A DNA stretch of 64,000 nucleotides from positions 15,810,001 to 15,874,000 of the forward strand of contig CM075981.1 of the NCBI GenBank assembly GCA_038087875.1. Direction: 5' to 3'. The number at the start of each line of letters is the position of its first letter. The stretch's first letter is position 1. The position numbers were made by a program, and so were the translations under genes. The notes under the pieces are model-generated. The model was not told where the DNA came from, did not search any database, and worked only from the letters and a program-made list of their open reading frames with translations. Shown here one piece after another: positions 40,601 to 55,600 of this stretch. Origin of the DNA: Malacoraja senta (taxonomy: Eukaryota).

Positions 40601-43600
40601 TCTTTATGACCCTGTGTAACATTGTGTTACGTCTGTGTATTTCAATATAGTTTTTTAGAAGTTAAAAGAACGTGCGCAGGAGTTTCCCATTTTGTTCTTC
40701 TAAAATCAAAAAAGGCAGATTCTGAAAATCGAAAATATAATAAAATACGAAAAGGTAAATAGGAAGCTCTTAGCTGGTCAGGCAGGAATATGCAGGTGAT
40801 ATTCAGAGCGTTCTATTGAGCAATGCGGAGAGTCCGGTTTCTCTTCATTATTGCAGATAGGCTTAGTGTAGGCTGAGCCATGTTTAGATATATAAAGGGG
40901 TAGGTTACATAAAGTAGCGAATAAAAAGTCCATCCACTTAAAATATGTGCACTAACAGTGGGCACGGTATTAATACAAGTTGGTTTATATGAAAGGAAAT
41001 TTGTGGATATTTTCACCGTTAATGGCTTTGCAGGGTAGAGACAGCAGTCCCCGAATACTTACGAAGTATTTATTAGAGCATTTCATAGATGACGTCCGGA
41101 GACACCGGACCGAATATGCGAAATGAGAGTTGTTTATATTGATTCATAATGGCTGATGCGGATACGGTGGGAAAATATCTTATTACATCATTACATTGTC
41201 TAAGACATTTCCTCTGCCAGTTGGAAAGACCCATGGCCCGTCATCCGTTTACAATACAAGTGCCAAATCTGTGGACGGAAACTACTGTATTTCACGTAAA
41301 GAAAGCATTCCGTGCAGCTGTATTGCAAGGGAGTATTTTAAGACGTGCGCGGCAGCAGACTGTTCTTGTGGAACTGGCGGTAGTACATGGAATGAAGTCA
41401 GCAGAAGTGATATCCGTTAAACCACCTATAGAGACACGGACTGTGTATAGTAGATTCTTATGAATTGAACGTTGGTCTGTCATAACGATGCGAGCATTAT
41501 TAAGAGAAATATCGTCACCGGTAATAAAATAATACCGGTAATAAAATAAAGAGAAGTAGCTAAACGCGAGTTACAGTATGTCGGATCGACAAACTTCGAA
41601 CAGGAGAGATATGACGGATTGTTTTTTTATTTATGTATTGAAATATATTGTTTCATAATTAAACGAAAGGATATGAACCTAATGCGGGCAGGTAGGACTA
41701 GTGTTGCTAGGACATGTTGGCCGGTATGGGCAAGTTGGGCCGAAGGGCCTATTTCCGCAGTATCACTATAACTCTATGACTATTGCACTCACCTTTCTCT
41801 TTATTGTTCAGGTTTTCCACTAATTGCAATTATACAAACGTGAAAGCAGTTAAGTACTGCCGTGCATGCATAAGAAAAAACGCGCACTTGGACAGATAGA
41901 GTATGTTATTCGACAAATCGCACGGATTATTTTGTGTTTGCTTCGAGAATATCTTCCGAATGTGGGTCTCACTGGCTGGCGGACGGGCTTTAGTCCGATT
42001 TAAATGGCGAGCAAGATTCACTGAACTGGAATGGAAGAAAAGTTTATGATGTCTCTAGAATAAATATAAATATTCATGAGAACCGTGTACAGCTATGAAA
42101 ATGAACTGAAAGACGAACGGAGAATCAGAATGCTGCATTTTTTTCTTTAAGCAGTTTGTTATTTATGTTCGCAGTTTTAATAATAACACTGGACTAAGTG
42201 GGACCCGTTGTGTCCCAGTCACACGGAAGGCCTGGCCCCCAGCGCAACCCGTTCCCCAACGCAATAGTCCACCACTCACCCGTTCCCCAACGCAATCTGC
42301 CCCCCAACACAATATTCCACCACTCACACATAGCCTCCATGGGAGGCCTGGTACGGCAAAGCAACCCGCCCCCCTACGCAATATTCCACCACGCACCCGT
42401 CCCCCCAACGCAACCCGTTCCCCCAACGCAATATTCCACCAATCACACATAGCCCCTAACTGCGCAGGCGTGGCTCATTTCTCCTCATTCCACAGCACTC
42501 GCACCCCTCCTCTTCATCCTACATCCCCTCCTCCTCCCCTCCCCAATCCTTCAGCTCTCCTTTTCTTTCCCCGTACCCTAAGTCATTGCTTCCCTCCCTC
42601 CATAACTTCTCCCCGCGCTACTCCCCCTCCTATCCCTCTATCCCCCATCTCCCCAACTCCTCACCCCCTACCCACCCCGCACTATGCCTCCTGACCTCCC
42701 CCACTGCTCTCCTCGCCTTCTATTCCCCATTCCCTAACTACCCCACCTCCTCTCCTCCCCATCTATTCCCCCTCCTCCCCCACTCTCCCTCCTCACCTCC
42801 CCCATTTCCCCCTCTCCCTTCCTACCCCTTCCTCTCCCTCAATCGCCCCACGCTCCCTCCTCACCTCCCCTGGATCTCGCTGCTGCAGTCGACCTCGCAG
42901 TCGATATCAGTTTCGGCCTCCCTCCTCACCTCCCCAGGTCCTCGATGTTGCAGAATTCGGCCTCAGAGTCTGAGTCGGTCGGAGTCGGAGTCGGCCAGGC
43001 TCTGGGCGACGCAACTCCAACCGCGCTGCAGCCGGCGTGATGCACAAACTCTGCTCGCTCCGCACCTTCCCACCGGTGAGTCAAAGATCACACGGCCAAT
43101 CAGTGCGGTGATGTTGCGCCGGAATGGGCATCACCGTCGCAGCCTGCGCGTGCCGTCCCGGGTGATTGACAAGAGAGGAGACATATCAGTGTGGCGGTGA
43201 CCGGCAGGAGAGGAGACCAATCTGCGCACGCATGGTTTTTAAGATCTTTAAACCTTAATAATGTTTAAACTATCCCATCGATCGGAATAAAACTTGTTGC
43301 ACAGGAGAATGGTGAGTAAGGTGGTGAAATATCGTAGCGCTATCCTGAACCGTTTTTAGAAAATAGAAAAAGTACGCAAACCAAAAGAACACAAAATCCG
43401 AGCTTTAGTTATGTATAGATAGATAGATTTGGATTAGATATATATTTTATCTTGTCCTTAGGTTAATAATTGTTATTTACGCTTACTGACAGAAACGATG
43501 ATGCTGTGGTATGTTCACTTTGGTGACTTGGATTATAATTATATTTTTAAGATAGTGCAACAGCAGGGCAATGCAATGAAAACAGAAGGGAAGAAAGTAG

Positions 43601-46600
43601 TGACAATGTCGCTTCCCGGAATGTTGAAGTAAACTGACCCTTTTTTGAACTCACCAGAATCGAGAAGACTGCTTCTACATTTTTCAAGTTCTAAGATGCA
43701 AAGGCATGAGACGGTTAGCACTGCGCGAAACGAATGGAAGCAAAAAATGATTCAAATATAGAGAGCTTAGGATACTACATTCGTTGTGGAATGCTGGGGA
43801 AATCTGCATCAATTCAACCTCGGACTTAGGGCACATTTCAGAGCGAAATATGGTTCAACAAAAATGGGCCCTAGACTAGAAATATCGATCATGCGGGGAT
43901 ATTATTGAAGATGGGTTATTGGCATTCTTGATGCACATAACAATGGTTATTCCCTGGGGCCAGACGAAGTACATCATATGACTTTACGAGAATCAAGGAA
44001 ATATATGGCTGGGATGTGGAAGAAACTTGTGGATGCTCCTTAAACACGGGTGAGGTAATGAAAGACTGAAAGGTGTTTGACTGTGTCTTTATTTAAGAAA
44101 GGCTGCAAACAGACGTCGGCGACACATAGTTCACTTGACCGCCGTGGTGGATATTTTATTTGAGGGGATTCCCAGATAAAGGATTCAACTGTGTTTTGAA
44201 AATCAAGGATTGATTTAAGATTGTCGATGGGATATTTTTTTCCCCCAAATTAATTTTGTTGTTGACATTTTTGCCACCTCCAAAGAGATCGCACCATGTT
44301 ATATCTTCATAACTCCACAACTTTCTGCATTTCGTTTAGAGACCGAACCCTCCGCAACTCCCCGGTTCACCCATCCCTTCCCAGCCAAACCTCACACTCC
44401 CCGGGAACTTTCCCCTCCAACAGCAGTAGATGCGATATATTTCCTTATACATTTCCCCCTGAAACCATCCAGGGTCCCCGACAGTCCATTCAAGTCTGGC
44501 AGAGTTTCACTTGTACATCATCTAATCTCATCCACCGAACCCGTTGTTCACGGAGTGGGCTCCTATATATCGGCGAGACCAACGGCGAGATTGGGCGATA
44601 GTTTCGCTGAAAACTTATGCTCAGTCCGCCTTGGCCTACGAGATATCCAGGTTGCCAAACATGTTATCTCCCCTTCCCATTTAAATTCTGACCTTTTTCT
44701 CCTCGCCTACCTTCACTGTCAGAGACCGCACTCAAATTGGTGGAACTGCACCTCATATTTCGCTTGGGCACCTTACTACCCTGAAGGGAACAATCAGCCA
44801 GATCAGGTGTAAGCTCTGCCCCCGTGCATCAGATTGCGCAGCATTCTCTCATTTCTCTACGGTAGGTTAGTCTGTAATTCAGCTTGTTCTCTATAGACCG
44901 CATATTCGCCAATATGATTCAGGGGAGCGGAGACCTGAAGCCACGCGGTTTCTCCCAGTTTTCCCGCGTTTTATTAAAGTCTCTTGGATGCATCCCAGAA
45001 ATTCGTCTAAACATCCGCATAATTCTGTAAACTGTCTACATATCTGTCCCTCTATCTTCCCTTGCTAGTGGGGGTCAATAGTACAACCCCATTGGTGCAC
45101 ACACCTTTCTGATTTCTAAGGTCACCCGTGCCGCTTCGGTGGACATACACGGTGGCTATGTAGCTCCCGTACATGTGTACCATAGATCCAAGCATCAACC
45201 TAGCGTCTGTTCATTTGCTTTCTCCACAATACCATTGCGTTGAAATATGCACACGTTTAGTGTGTCCATGTTGCTTCTCATCTCATTGCTTATCCTAACT
45301 TCCCATCACTCTTTCCAATTTATGACCGACTACACGCTGAGGAGAGGGTGGATACGAACTATTTTCCTTGGAACGAACGAAGCTGAAGAATGGCCACGTA
45401 CAGATTCACAAAATCACGAACGACATACATATGCTGTATGATAACCGTCTTTTCTCAGGGCAGGGGAATCTCAAAACGGCATAAGATTAAGTTGAGAGAG
45501 GCTAGTTTTACGGGCGCGTTTATATTTCCATATAGGGAATGGTCGGTCCATGAAAGGAACATTTAACATAAAGCAGCTAAAGTTTCCATTTGTCATCGTC
45601 CGTGGACATTATAGCATTTGGTGTGCCCCAGGGTTCGATTCTGTGCACATTGTTGTCTGTCATCTATATCAATGATTTGGAAGATAACGTACAAATCATA
45701 ATTAGTACGCTCGCAGATGACACTGAAGTTAGTGCCATAGTAAATAGTGGTAACAATTGCATCATGATCTTGATTGGTTGGGCAAGTGGGCCGAGGAATG
45801 TTTGATGGGATTTAATATAACGTGCGATGTATTTATTGTATGTTGGGACAGCTAACCAGACCAGTAATGAAATGTGGGCTCTGGAGAGTGTTGAAGAGCA
45901 CAGTAATCTACGAGTCCAGGTACAGTACGTAGTTCCTTGAAAGTGGCGTCACAGATAAATAGGCCAATCAGGAAGGCTTTCGGTACATTGTTCTTCATCA
46001 TGACGAGAGAGGTTGCGAGGGTATATTACAGTTGTACAGGCACTAGTAATATTAAATTTAGAGTAATGTTTTGGTCTCATTGTTATAGTGACGATATTAT
46101 TAAGATTGAAATGGTGCAGAGACGTTCCCAGGATTCGAAGGACTGAGATGTGGGGATGAACGATGAGGGGCGATCTTCTGGAGGGGCATAGGATCATTAG
46201 CGGAAAAGTACGGGTAANNNNNNNNNNNNNNNNNNNNNNNNNNNNNNNNNNNNNNNNNNNNNNNNNNNNNNNNNNNNNNNNNNNNNNNNNNNNNNNNNNN
46301 NNNNNNNNNNNNNNNNNNNNNNNNNNNNNNNNNNNNNNNNNNNNNNNNNNNNNNNNNNNNNNNNNNNNCTATATCTGCTTTTGATCCGCCGAACTCTGCA
46401 GCTGCTCTATATCCCACTGTATCACCTGACAGCATTCCTCGCTGACTGCAATTCCGTCAACTTTAATGTCATCAGCAAACGTACTCACGAACCCATCTGC
46501 ACTTAAGTTTTAGTAAATGTTTTTGTATATTACAAACAGCAGCAGTCCCCGCACAGAGCCATGCGGAACCATATTGGACACAGACCTCCAGTCAGAATAT

Positions 46601-49600
46601 CTACCTTCCACCACAACCCTCTAATTTATTTACAAGCCAGTTGCTTATAAACACGGCCATGTAATTCCATTCATCCTACTTCCGTATGAGCCTCTGATGA
46701 GGACCTTATCAAAATCCTTACTTATATCCCCTTATTCAACATCTACCGCTTTACCTTCATTAATCTCCTTTGTTACCTTCTGAAAAACTCAATCAAGTTT
46801 GTGAGATACGATCTGCAGTGCACACAGCTCTGCTGGCTATCCCCAATTACCGATTATCTACCAAATTGGAATACATCCCATCTCAAATAATTATCTCCTA
46901 TAATGTCTCGACCACTGACGAGAGGGTCACCGGCCTATAATTTCCAAGATTTCCTCCACTTCCTTTCATAAATAAAGCAATAGCATTGACCACACTCCAT
47001 TCCCCCGGGACCTCACGCGTGGATCGATAAGAAACAGAGTTCCTCGTAAAACTCCCACACTCTCTTCTCTTGCCTTCTTCAATGACCCGGAATAGATCCC
47101 ATCAGGCTCTTGTGACTTATTCAACTTAACGTTCTTCAAGATCCTCAGCACCACCCCCTTTTCGATCACAGGCAGAGTTAAAAATATGTATTCTCCACAA
47201 AGATCTTACTGTCCTTCAATTCCTTCTCCTCGGTGAATAACTTATTCAAAGTACTCGGTTCGTATCTCACATACATCTTTTGACTCCAAGCATAGATTCC
47301 CCCTTGATCTTTGATTGGTCCTATCTTCTACATGGTCTCCCTTTTAGTTGAACGTATGCGTTAAAAATCGTGTAATTTTCCCGATTCCGACACCCGATAA
47401 CATTTCACGGATACGTTTGGCCTTTCTAGTCGCCCGCTTGAATTATTTCTTACTTGCTTTATATACCTTGACATACGCTTTCTTTGACTTCCTGACGAAA
47501 TTTAAAATATCTTTGGTCATCCATGGTTCTCTTATCTTGCCGCCGCATTCCCCCTCATTAGTGGATGATGCTGATCATATACACTGATCGGCTGGCCTTT
47601 AAACGACTTGACATGTCCCCTGTGGACGTAGCCAATAACAACTCATCCCAATCTATCCTCCTTCGCCCCTGCTGAATGAAACAATTAAATACTTCCCCCC
47701 AACAACTATATCTGCCCCATTCAAAACCAATCACGTGAGAGGGCAACACTGGATCTAGAATTGGGAAATTGGGAAGGGTAAGTTAAAGAAGCGTTTGAGG
47801 AGGAGACTTCTGGTACCAATGACCACAGTCCAATTAGGTTTAAGAGAGTTATGGATAGGGACGGAGTGGGTCCACGTGTTAATATGGTCAAATGTGGTAA
47901 GGCCAACTTTGAGGGTATGGGAAAATGTGTCGCTCAAGTTGACTGGAGCAGGTTCTTTGAGGGGAAATGAAGATCGGCTAAGTGGGATGTTTTTATAAAT
48001 GTGCTGACGAAAGCTCAGGATATGTACGTACCCGTTAGAGTGAAGGGCAAAGCAGGCCAACGTAAGAAGCTTGGCTGACGAGGGAAATTGATGCGTTGGT
48101 CAAAAACAAGAAGGATGCATGGGACAGGTATGGGCAGCTGGGATCAATGGCATCCTAGAGGAGTTTGGGAACTAAGTACTAAACTGAAAAAGGAGATCAG
48201 AAGGGCAAAAAGGGGCCAGAAAGAGGTCGTGTCACAAATCCCAAAACATTTTATGAATGCATAAAGAGGAAAAGGGTAACTGGAGAGACAGTGGGACCTC
48301 TCATGACTCAATGCGAGCACATCTGTGTGGAGCAACAGGGGATGGGCAAGGTCCTTAATACATATTTCCCTTCTGTATTTACCCAGGAGAAAGACAGTAG
48401 GACGGAGGAACTAGGGGCAATCAATGGAACTGCCATGAGAGCAGTCGGTGTTGCCGTCGAAGAGGTACTGAAGGTACTGTCGTGGTTGAAGATAGAGACA
48501 TCTCCAGGGCATGAACATATATATCTGAGGACATTGCGGGAAACTGGATAGGAAATTGCTGGAGCCCTGGTTGAAATTTACGAGTCGTCTTTAAATACTG
48601 GAGAGGTGCCGTATGACTGGAGAATGGGAAATGTTGTACCTCTTCTCAAGAAGGGCTGCAGGGAAAATGCTGGGAACTATAGGCCGATGAGCATAACTTA
48701 TGTAGTTGGAATGTTACTAGAGAGTATTCTGAGGGATATGCTATACAATCATTTTGATGGGCAAGGGCTGATTGGGGAGGTCGGCATGTTTTTGTACGTG
48801 GGAGGTCGTGTCTCACAAATCTGATTTTATGTTTGAAGACGTGACCAAAAACGTCAATGAGGGCAGAGCTGCAAATGTTCTGTAAATGGAATTTAGTGAG
48901 GCATTCGACAATATTCCGCATTGTAGGCTGCTCTGGAAGGTTTGATCGCATGGGATCCAAGGAAATATAGTTGAATGGGTCGCAAATTAACCCCATTGGA
49001 GGAAGCAGCGGGTGATAGTGAAAGGTTGCTTCTCGGACTGGAGACCTGTGACTAGTGGTGTGTCTCAGGGTTTGGTGCTGGACCCGTTATTGTTTGTCAT
49101 CTACATCAATGATTTGTTTGAGATCATACAGGGCAAGATTCGCAAGTACGCTGATGATACAATAGTGAATGGTTTTGCAGATAGTGAAGATTGTTGTGAA
49201 AGATTGAAGCAGGATCTGGATCGCTTGGCGAGGTGGTTGGAGGAATGTTTGATGGCATTTAATACAGAGAAGTGTGAGGTGTTGCATTTCGGGACGTACC
49301 TACACAGTAAATGGTAGGCCCCTGGGTAGTGTTGGAGAGCAGGGGGGTCTAGGAATAGAGGTGCATGGTTCCTTGAATGACGATTCGTAGGTAGACAAGT
49401 TGGTGAAAACGGCTTTTGACCCTTTGGCATCCATCAGTCAGAATAATGAGTATACGTATACGTTGGGAGGTCTTGTTGCAGTTGTATGAGGCGTTGGTGA
49501 GACCGCATTTAGAATATTGTGTTCAATTCTGGGCACCATGTTATAGGAAAATTATTGTCAACCTTGAACGGGTTCAGAAAAGATTTACTAGGATGTTGCC

Positions 49601-52600
49601 AGGACTAGAGGTGTGAGTTATAGGGAGAGGTTGAGTATGCTGGGTATCTATTGCATGGAGCGCAGGAGGATGAGGGGCGCTCTTATAGAGGTGTACAAAA
49701 TCATGAGAGGAATAGATCGAGTAGATGCACAGAATCTCTTGCCCAGATTAGGCGAATTGCGGACCTGAGGACATAGGTTCAAGGTCATAGGGAAAATATT
49801 TAATAGGAAGCCGGGTGGTGGATATGTGGAACAAGCTGCCAAAGGAGGCAGTTGAGGCTGGGACTATCCCATCCTTTAAGAAAAAGTTAGACAGGTGCAT
49901 GGACATGACAGGTTTGGTGGGATATAGACCAAGCGCAGGCAAGAGGGATTAGTGTAGCTGGGGCATTATTGGCCGGTGTGTGCGTTGGGCCGAAGGGCCT
50001 GGTTCCGCACGCTTTCATTCTCTCACTCTAAGTATTGTAGTAACTGAGCGAGTCAAGCGGCACATCTGGAGGACGTGCATGGGCGACATTTTGGATCTAG
50101 ACCCTTCTTAAGACCGACCCCTGTAGAAATCTTTTTCTTGCAGACTCTCGTGGGAAACAGCACAAAAGTTGTAAAGCCAGCGGTCAGAGGTAGTCCAAAG
50201 TAGTTAAGTATGAATAATTTTCTCCTTACCGCCTTTAATAAAAGCGACCATTTGTAGTTTTATTATATCAAAAATACTTTTTAAAAAACACACAGGTATA
50301 ACAATTTGAGCAACTGACCACGTTAATGGTTCGTAGGTTATGTACCACTTGGATAGCATTATGACAGAGGTGGATCCAATATTGTATCTGGCAGATGGAG
50401 CTGTTGACCAACGCGGATTTGCTGATTTTCAAAAAGTTCGGATATATCAAATGAATTAGCATTACAGCGCAGGGAATAGGCACCCGTCCATAAGAACCAG
50501 AACCCTGGCATTTCCTTACCTTTATCTTTGCCGCTCAGCTTTCTTTCTAGAGACAAGATAGGGCTGTGTAAGTCAATGGAGAACAATCTACCGGAGAAGT
50601 AAACTATCGCATCAGTGGTTTCACCATCCTATGTTTTGCAACGCGAGCGTGGATATTAATTGGAAATAGCAGACATGGATTATATTTTAATGACATTCGC
50701 TCGCCATTGTATTAACATATTCTAACAAGGTCTAAACGTTATAAATTTACCGTTGATTCCAGAATCGTTTTGTAACTCATATGTATTCGATTAAAATTAA
50801 TGCCGACGGGTGAAAAATGAAACATATGCGTTGAACATTTGTGAAGATTCCGCTGGTCATAATTTATGAAAATAATATGATACCGATCGATGGAGCTTCC
50901 AACCTTCATTGCAGCGCCACGATAACGGAATTTTGAATGTGCAACATTCGGCGCAAATGAACGAATACCATACACCGAATATGTTTCTCTAACACAATGA
51001 TATCAATGCATATTGATTTTAAAGCGTTAGATTTTCAAAGATGTATATACTCACGAATATCTTCACATTTTTCTTTCAGTTGTTGCAGTTCTGACAAAAG
51101 GAAAGGGAAATCGAGAACGATTATTTTTCTGTGGCACTCTGGACATATTGCCTGAGCTTCAATCGACTGACCATAAAGGGAAGCCAATGCTGCGAGAACG
51201 ATGAAGTAAGCGTACATATAATGATGCTGATCCAACGTAGTGTAGTATACATTAGCAGTCGGGCGGAAATGATCAATGGTGTAAAACCTCATAGGTATAT
51301 GCATTAAAACAGTATTTATCCAACCCGTTCGCATACCGCAGTACATTTTAGTAAAACGTTTTGAAGACTATTCATAGACAGAACAAGGTGACCCGCAGTG
51401 AACTGTCTGAACAGGCTCCATTCACAATCGAACGATTGTTTTTGTAGGCAAAACATACAACTAAGAGGGAACGGCTGTTGATTCTGAGTCTGAAATTATT
51501 CGGAGAATTATATCGTACATGGCCAAAACACGAAACTATTTCATTCCTTGCATAGCTACAGGGGAACGATTTCGCCGATAATGTTTTGCTTATTATCAAC
51601 GTCTCAGATAAAGAGATGAAAAAGATCGTTAATAAAGTTATTTGCAGAAATAGTACTAATTGTTTGTGTAACTGAATGTGTAGTGACTATATATTGGTCT
51701 AGAAAATCATTTCATCAACGAGAATTCTGCTCAAAAAGGCCAAAACAAAAATAAAAATAAAGGATGATGTTAAGTTTGCAAATATTAATAACTCTTAGTA
51801 CGTATATGTTTCCGGTGCTAAAGCTGGTTTACAAAATTATCTGTTATGTAGTTACTGTGGTGTTAATACAAAATAAAACGCTAAATATAATGGCTCTGCT
51901 TCTGAATATACCTCCTAATTTCTGAAAGGAAAAAGCACGCATGTTATTTTCGCGGGTCTGTGATCTCTGTAGTAAGTCAGCAATCTATCGAAGTACGCTG
52001 AAATTATTTCAGCTGGTTAAAATTGACTCGTAATTTATTAGTCTTGAGAGCTGGTATAAATGTTGTGAAGTTCTCATCTGGAACGGGACTACATTCAGGG
52101 AATTAAGACAGTCGCATCTTTAGCGCGAAAAAGTGAATGTCGAAGGTTCAAAGTGATCATCCGAAACGATTGTTGAAAAATCCGACCAGATAACTTGATG
52201 AGGCAGATTCTATTCAATTTCTAGTAGTGGCCTAATCAACAAAATGTAATGATCCTGCATGTGGAGCAGTGGGCCGCTCAGAGGGTCAATCATTATATTG
52301 TTGGGCTACAAGTATCGCCACCGGTCCTCCGATTGGAGGATGGGGCTCAGTTGGTTACAGCGAAGAATTTGAATCCCAATCATTCTCTGTCCCCCATGCA
52401 GATAGACACATACAAACAATATCAAATAATGTGCAACCTGGTCGGAGATGTTTGCTGAGAGAAGAGGCTGTAAACCTAGGTCATGTCTTACGTGTGTGGG
52501 AGTTGGTATAAACGATTCCACTGTAATAATTGGAAGAGATCCTGAAAGTAGTCAACAGTAATCCGATGCTAATTTATCCCTCATTGAATTTGATCAAATG

Positions 52601-55600
52601 ACTGGATATCTTATTGCTACTTTTGTAGTAAATGGCGTAATTTATTAAAAATAGGATAGAACCTAACGCAGTCAAATGGGACCAACTCAGATGGAGATCC
52701 TCATTTACTGGCATGAGTTGTGCCGAAGGGCCCGTTTGCCCGATGCGTAAGTCGATGGCTCTTTGGGTCCAGGGCATTAAACTGTTCTCAGAAACTTTCA
52801 GATCTTTTGATGTAAGAAACAGCTGCAAATCGCCACAAAGAATCAAACTAACAACCGCAAAACATGGTATTGCGTCAAGCCTTAAAGGCCTGTCTCACGA
52901 GTCTGCGGTCTATGGCGGCGAAACAGGAAGAATCTGCCGCCATAGACCGCGCACTCGTGAGAAAGTACAATTCCCGGGCCGTGCGTCGGTGTTCCCAACA
53001 CCGCGCGGTGCTAAAATAAATTCGACAATGTCCAAAACTAAATACTCACCGCACAACCTCCACCAGTGAAGCACGAGTGCGCACGGCCGCTCGCACGGGC
53101 CGCCGCCAGTATGGCTCGAGCGCCGTGCGTCAAGCCTCCACTGCCACAGCCTCCGCCAGTGAGGCACGTGCCGCCGCCAGTGATGCACGTGTGCTGCACG
53201 GCCGCAGGCACAGCCACCGCAGCAGCGCCGCGATCTGGACGGCAGCCGCCACAGCCGCCGCTGGTGAGTCACGTGCGGCGGGCCGACGTCATCGCAGTCG
53301 GCCCGCCCTTTTTTTTTACTTACCGCAAGCACGTGGGACCCGCCGTGTTTGAATTAACTCGGCCCCCGCGCACCATCCGTGCGGCGCTCCGGTGGATAAG
53401 CTCGACGCTCTCGCCGTTGCCGCGCGGTCCTCGCAACCGGCGACGCTGCGCTTCACCGCCGATGACCGCAAACAGGTAAGACAGAGCCTTTATAGACCTA
53501 GTAATGCAGGAAAGACGTGGATAATAAAAACAAATGTGAATTATACCGGCCTTTAGACACATATTTGACTGAGCAGGGCAATGTTAACTGGATACATTTA
53601 GAATTAGATAATCAACGATGGAGTATCAGCTATGAATCGCTTGTGTTTAAAGCAGCTGTATGTGTTTGCAGAAGGACGTGCCCAAGGGCAATGTGCACAT
53701 GGCACTGATCAATCCTTGATCCATGCGAGCGTGATCTGTATATGCACATATTTTGGTAACCGCCCTCTTTGATGTCGGTGGAGGATAGTCACCCGCCCCA
53801 TAGTCTGAGTGCGTCTGCACGAACGGAAATTGTGACAGACGTAAGATCAGCGTTTCTTACAATGAATCAGTGGAAAGCAACTGGTTTGTATAGAGCCTGG
53901 TCGCTTCCTCCGGACCTGTGCGGATAAGCTGGCAGCTTTATTCACGGACATATTTAATCTCCCACTATTCCATTCTGAGGGTCCCACATACTTTAAGAAG
54001 ACCACTATCATCCCAGTGCTAAATAAACTTACGGTAGCGTACCTTAATAACGACGACCCAGCGGATTTGTCATCTACTATCGTACACTGCGTCGACGGGA
54101 AGGTGAAGGTGCACATGAACACCAGCCTTCTGTCAGCATTGCACCACGGCTGTTTACTTAAAGTCACGTGTCCACAGCAGACGTTATTTCCCTGCACCTA
54201 AACACATCTACGGAATTTCCGACTCCTACGTTACACTGATATTTATCGACTATATTCCCACCTGGAACAATTGGATCCCATCCTAACTCATCGCCAAATT
54301 CCCGAATATAGGAAGCACAATTCCAATCTGTGACTGGATCCTTAAGCTTATGAGTCCGATACCACAACCGTGAGAATAGTAGATTACATTTGTCGAGAAT
54401 AATTCGCAAAACCGGTCCTCCAATGATGAGGTCTCAGTCATCCACCGAACTCTATATATACTCACGAATTGATGGCCAAATTCGGCCCTAACTCCATCCA
54501 CAAGTTTGCAGATAAAACCACTGTCGTGGGCCAGATCACTAACAATGACGAAACGTAATATAGGAATGATATAGCAAATTTAGTACCATAAGGTCGCAGA
54601 GGGAGGAGCTACACCCGAGCAGTAGGAGTTAAAGTGGAGCGCGGGGCTTGTTCCTTACAGAGGCCCGAGAGCCGTTGGAGCGGTCGCAGAGGGAGGAGCT
54701 AACCCGAGCAGTAGTAGTTAAAGTGGAGCGCGGGGCTTGTTCCTTACAGAGGCCCGAGAGCCGTTGGAGCGGTCGCAGAGGGAGGAGCTGCACCCGAGCG
54801 GTAGTAGTTCAAGTGGAGCGCGGAGCTTGCTTCTTACAGAGGCCCGAGAGCCGTTGGCGCGGTCGCAGAGGAAGGAGGAGCCGAAATCCAAGTTCCACTC
54901 GCACTTCAAAACACTTCAAAAACAAGTGGGCTTAAGGAAGCCGCTGATTGGTGGAAGCAGACAAGAGGGAGCAGCTGATTGGGAGTCAGATCCCTGCTGA
55001 TTGTACTGTATTGTAGCAATTTGTTTTGTATTGTAGCAATTTGTTTTGTATTGTATCCTAGGTAAGGGGAGTATGAGGGCCAGGGCAGTTTACTGTTCTG
55101 GATGTCAGATGTGGGAAGTCATGGAGTCTGATAGCCCTCCAGACGTCCACATCTGCGCCAGGTGTATCGAGATGGGGCTCCTAAGGGACCGTATTAGGAA
55201 CCTGGAGCAGCAGCTCGATGACCCCCGTCTGGTCAGGGAGAGCGAGGAAGTCATTGAGAGGAGTTACAGGGAGGTGGTCACTCCAAGACCACAGGAGGCA
55301 GGCAAGTGGATCACGGTTATGAGAGGCAAGGGTCACAGGCACGGACTAGAGAGTACCCCGGTGGCTGTACACCTTGACAATAAGTACTCCTGTTTGAGCA
55401 GTGTTGGGGGGGACAGCCTAACTGGGGGTAACAACAGCGGCCGGGCCTCCGGTACAGAGACCGGTCCTGTTGCTCAGAAGGGTAAGGAAAAGAAGAGGAG
55501 GGCAATACTAATAGGGGACTCTATAGTTAGGGGGCCAGACAGGCGATTCTGTGGGCGCAGTCGGGAGACCCGGGTGATAGTTTGCCTCCCTGGTGCCAGG

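Noticed and set aside
42586-43200. 204-aa Pro-rich ORF
   Set aside because: It is the C-rich interior of the minus-strand Helitron-like element.
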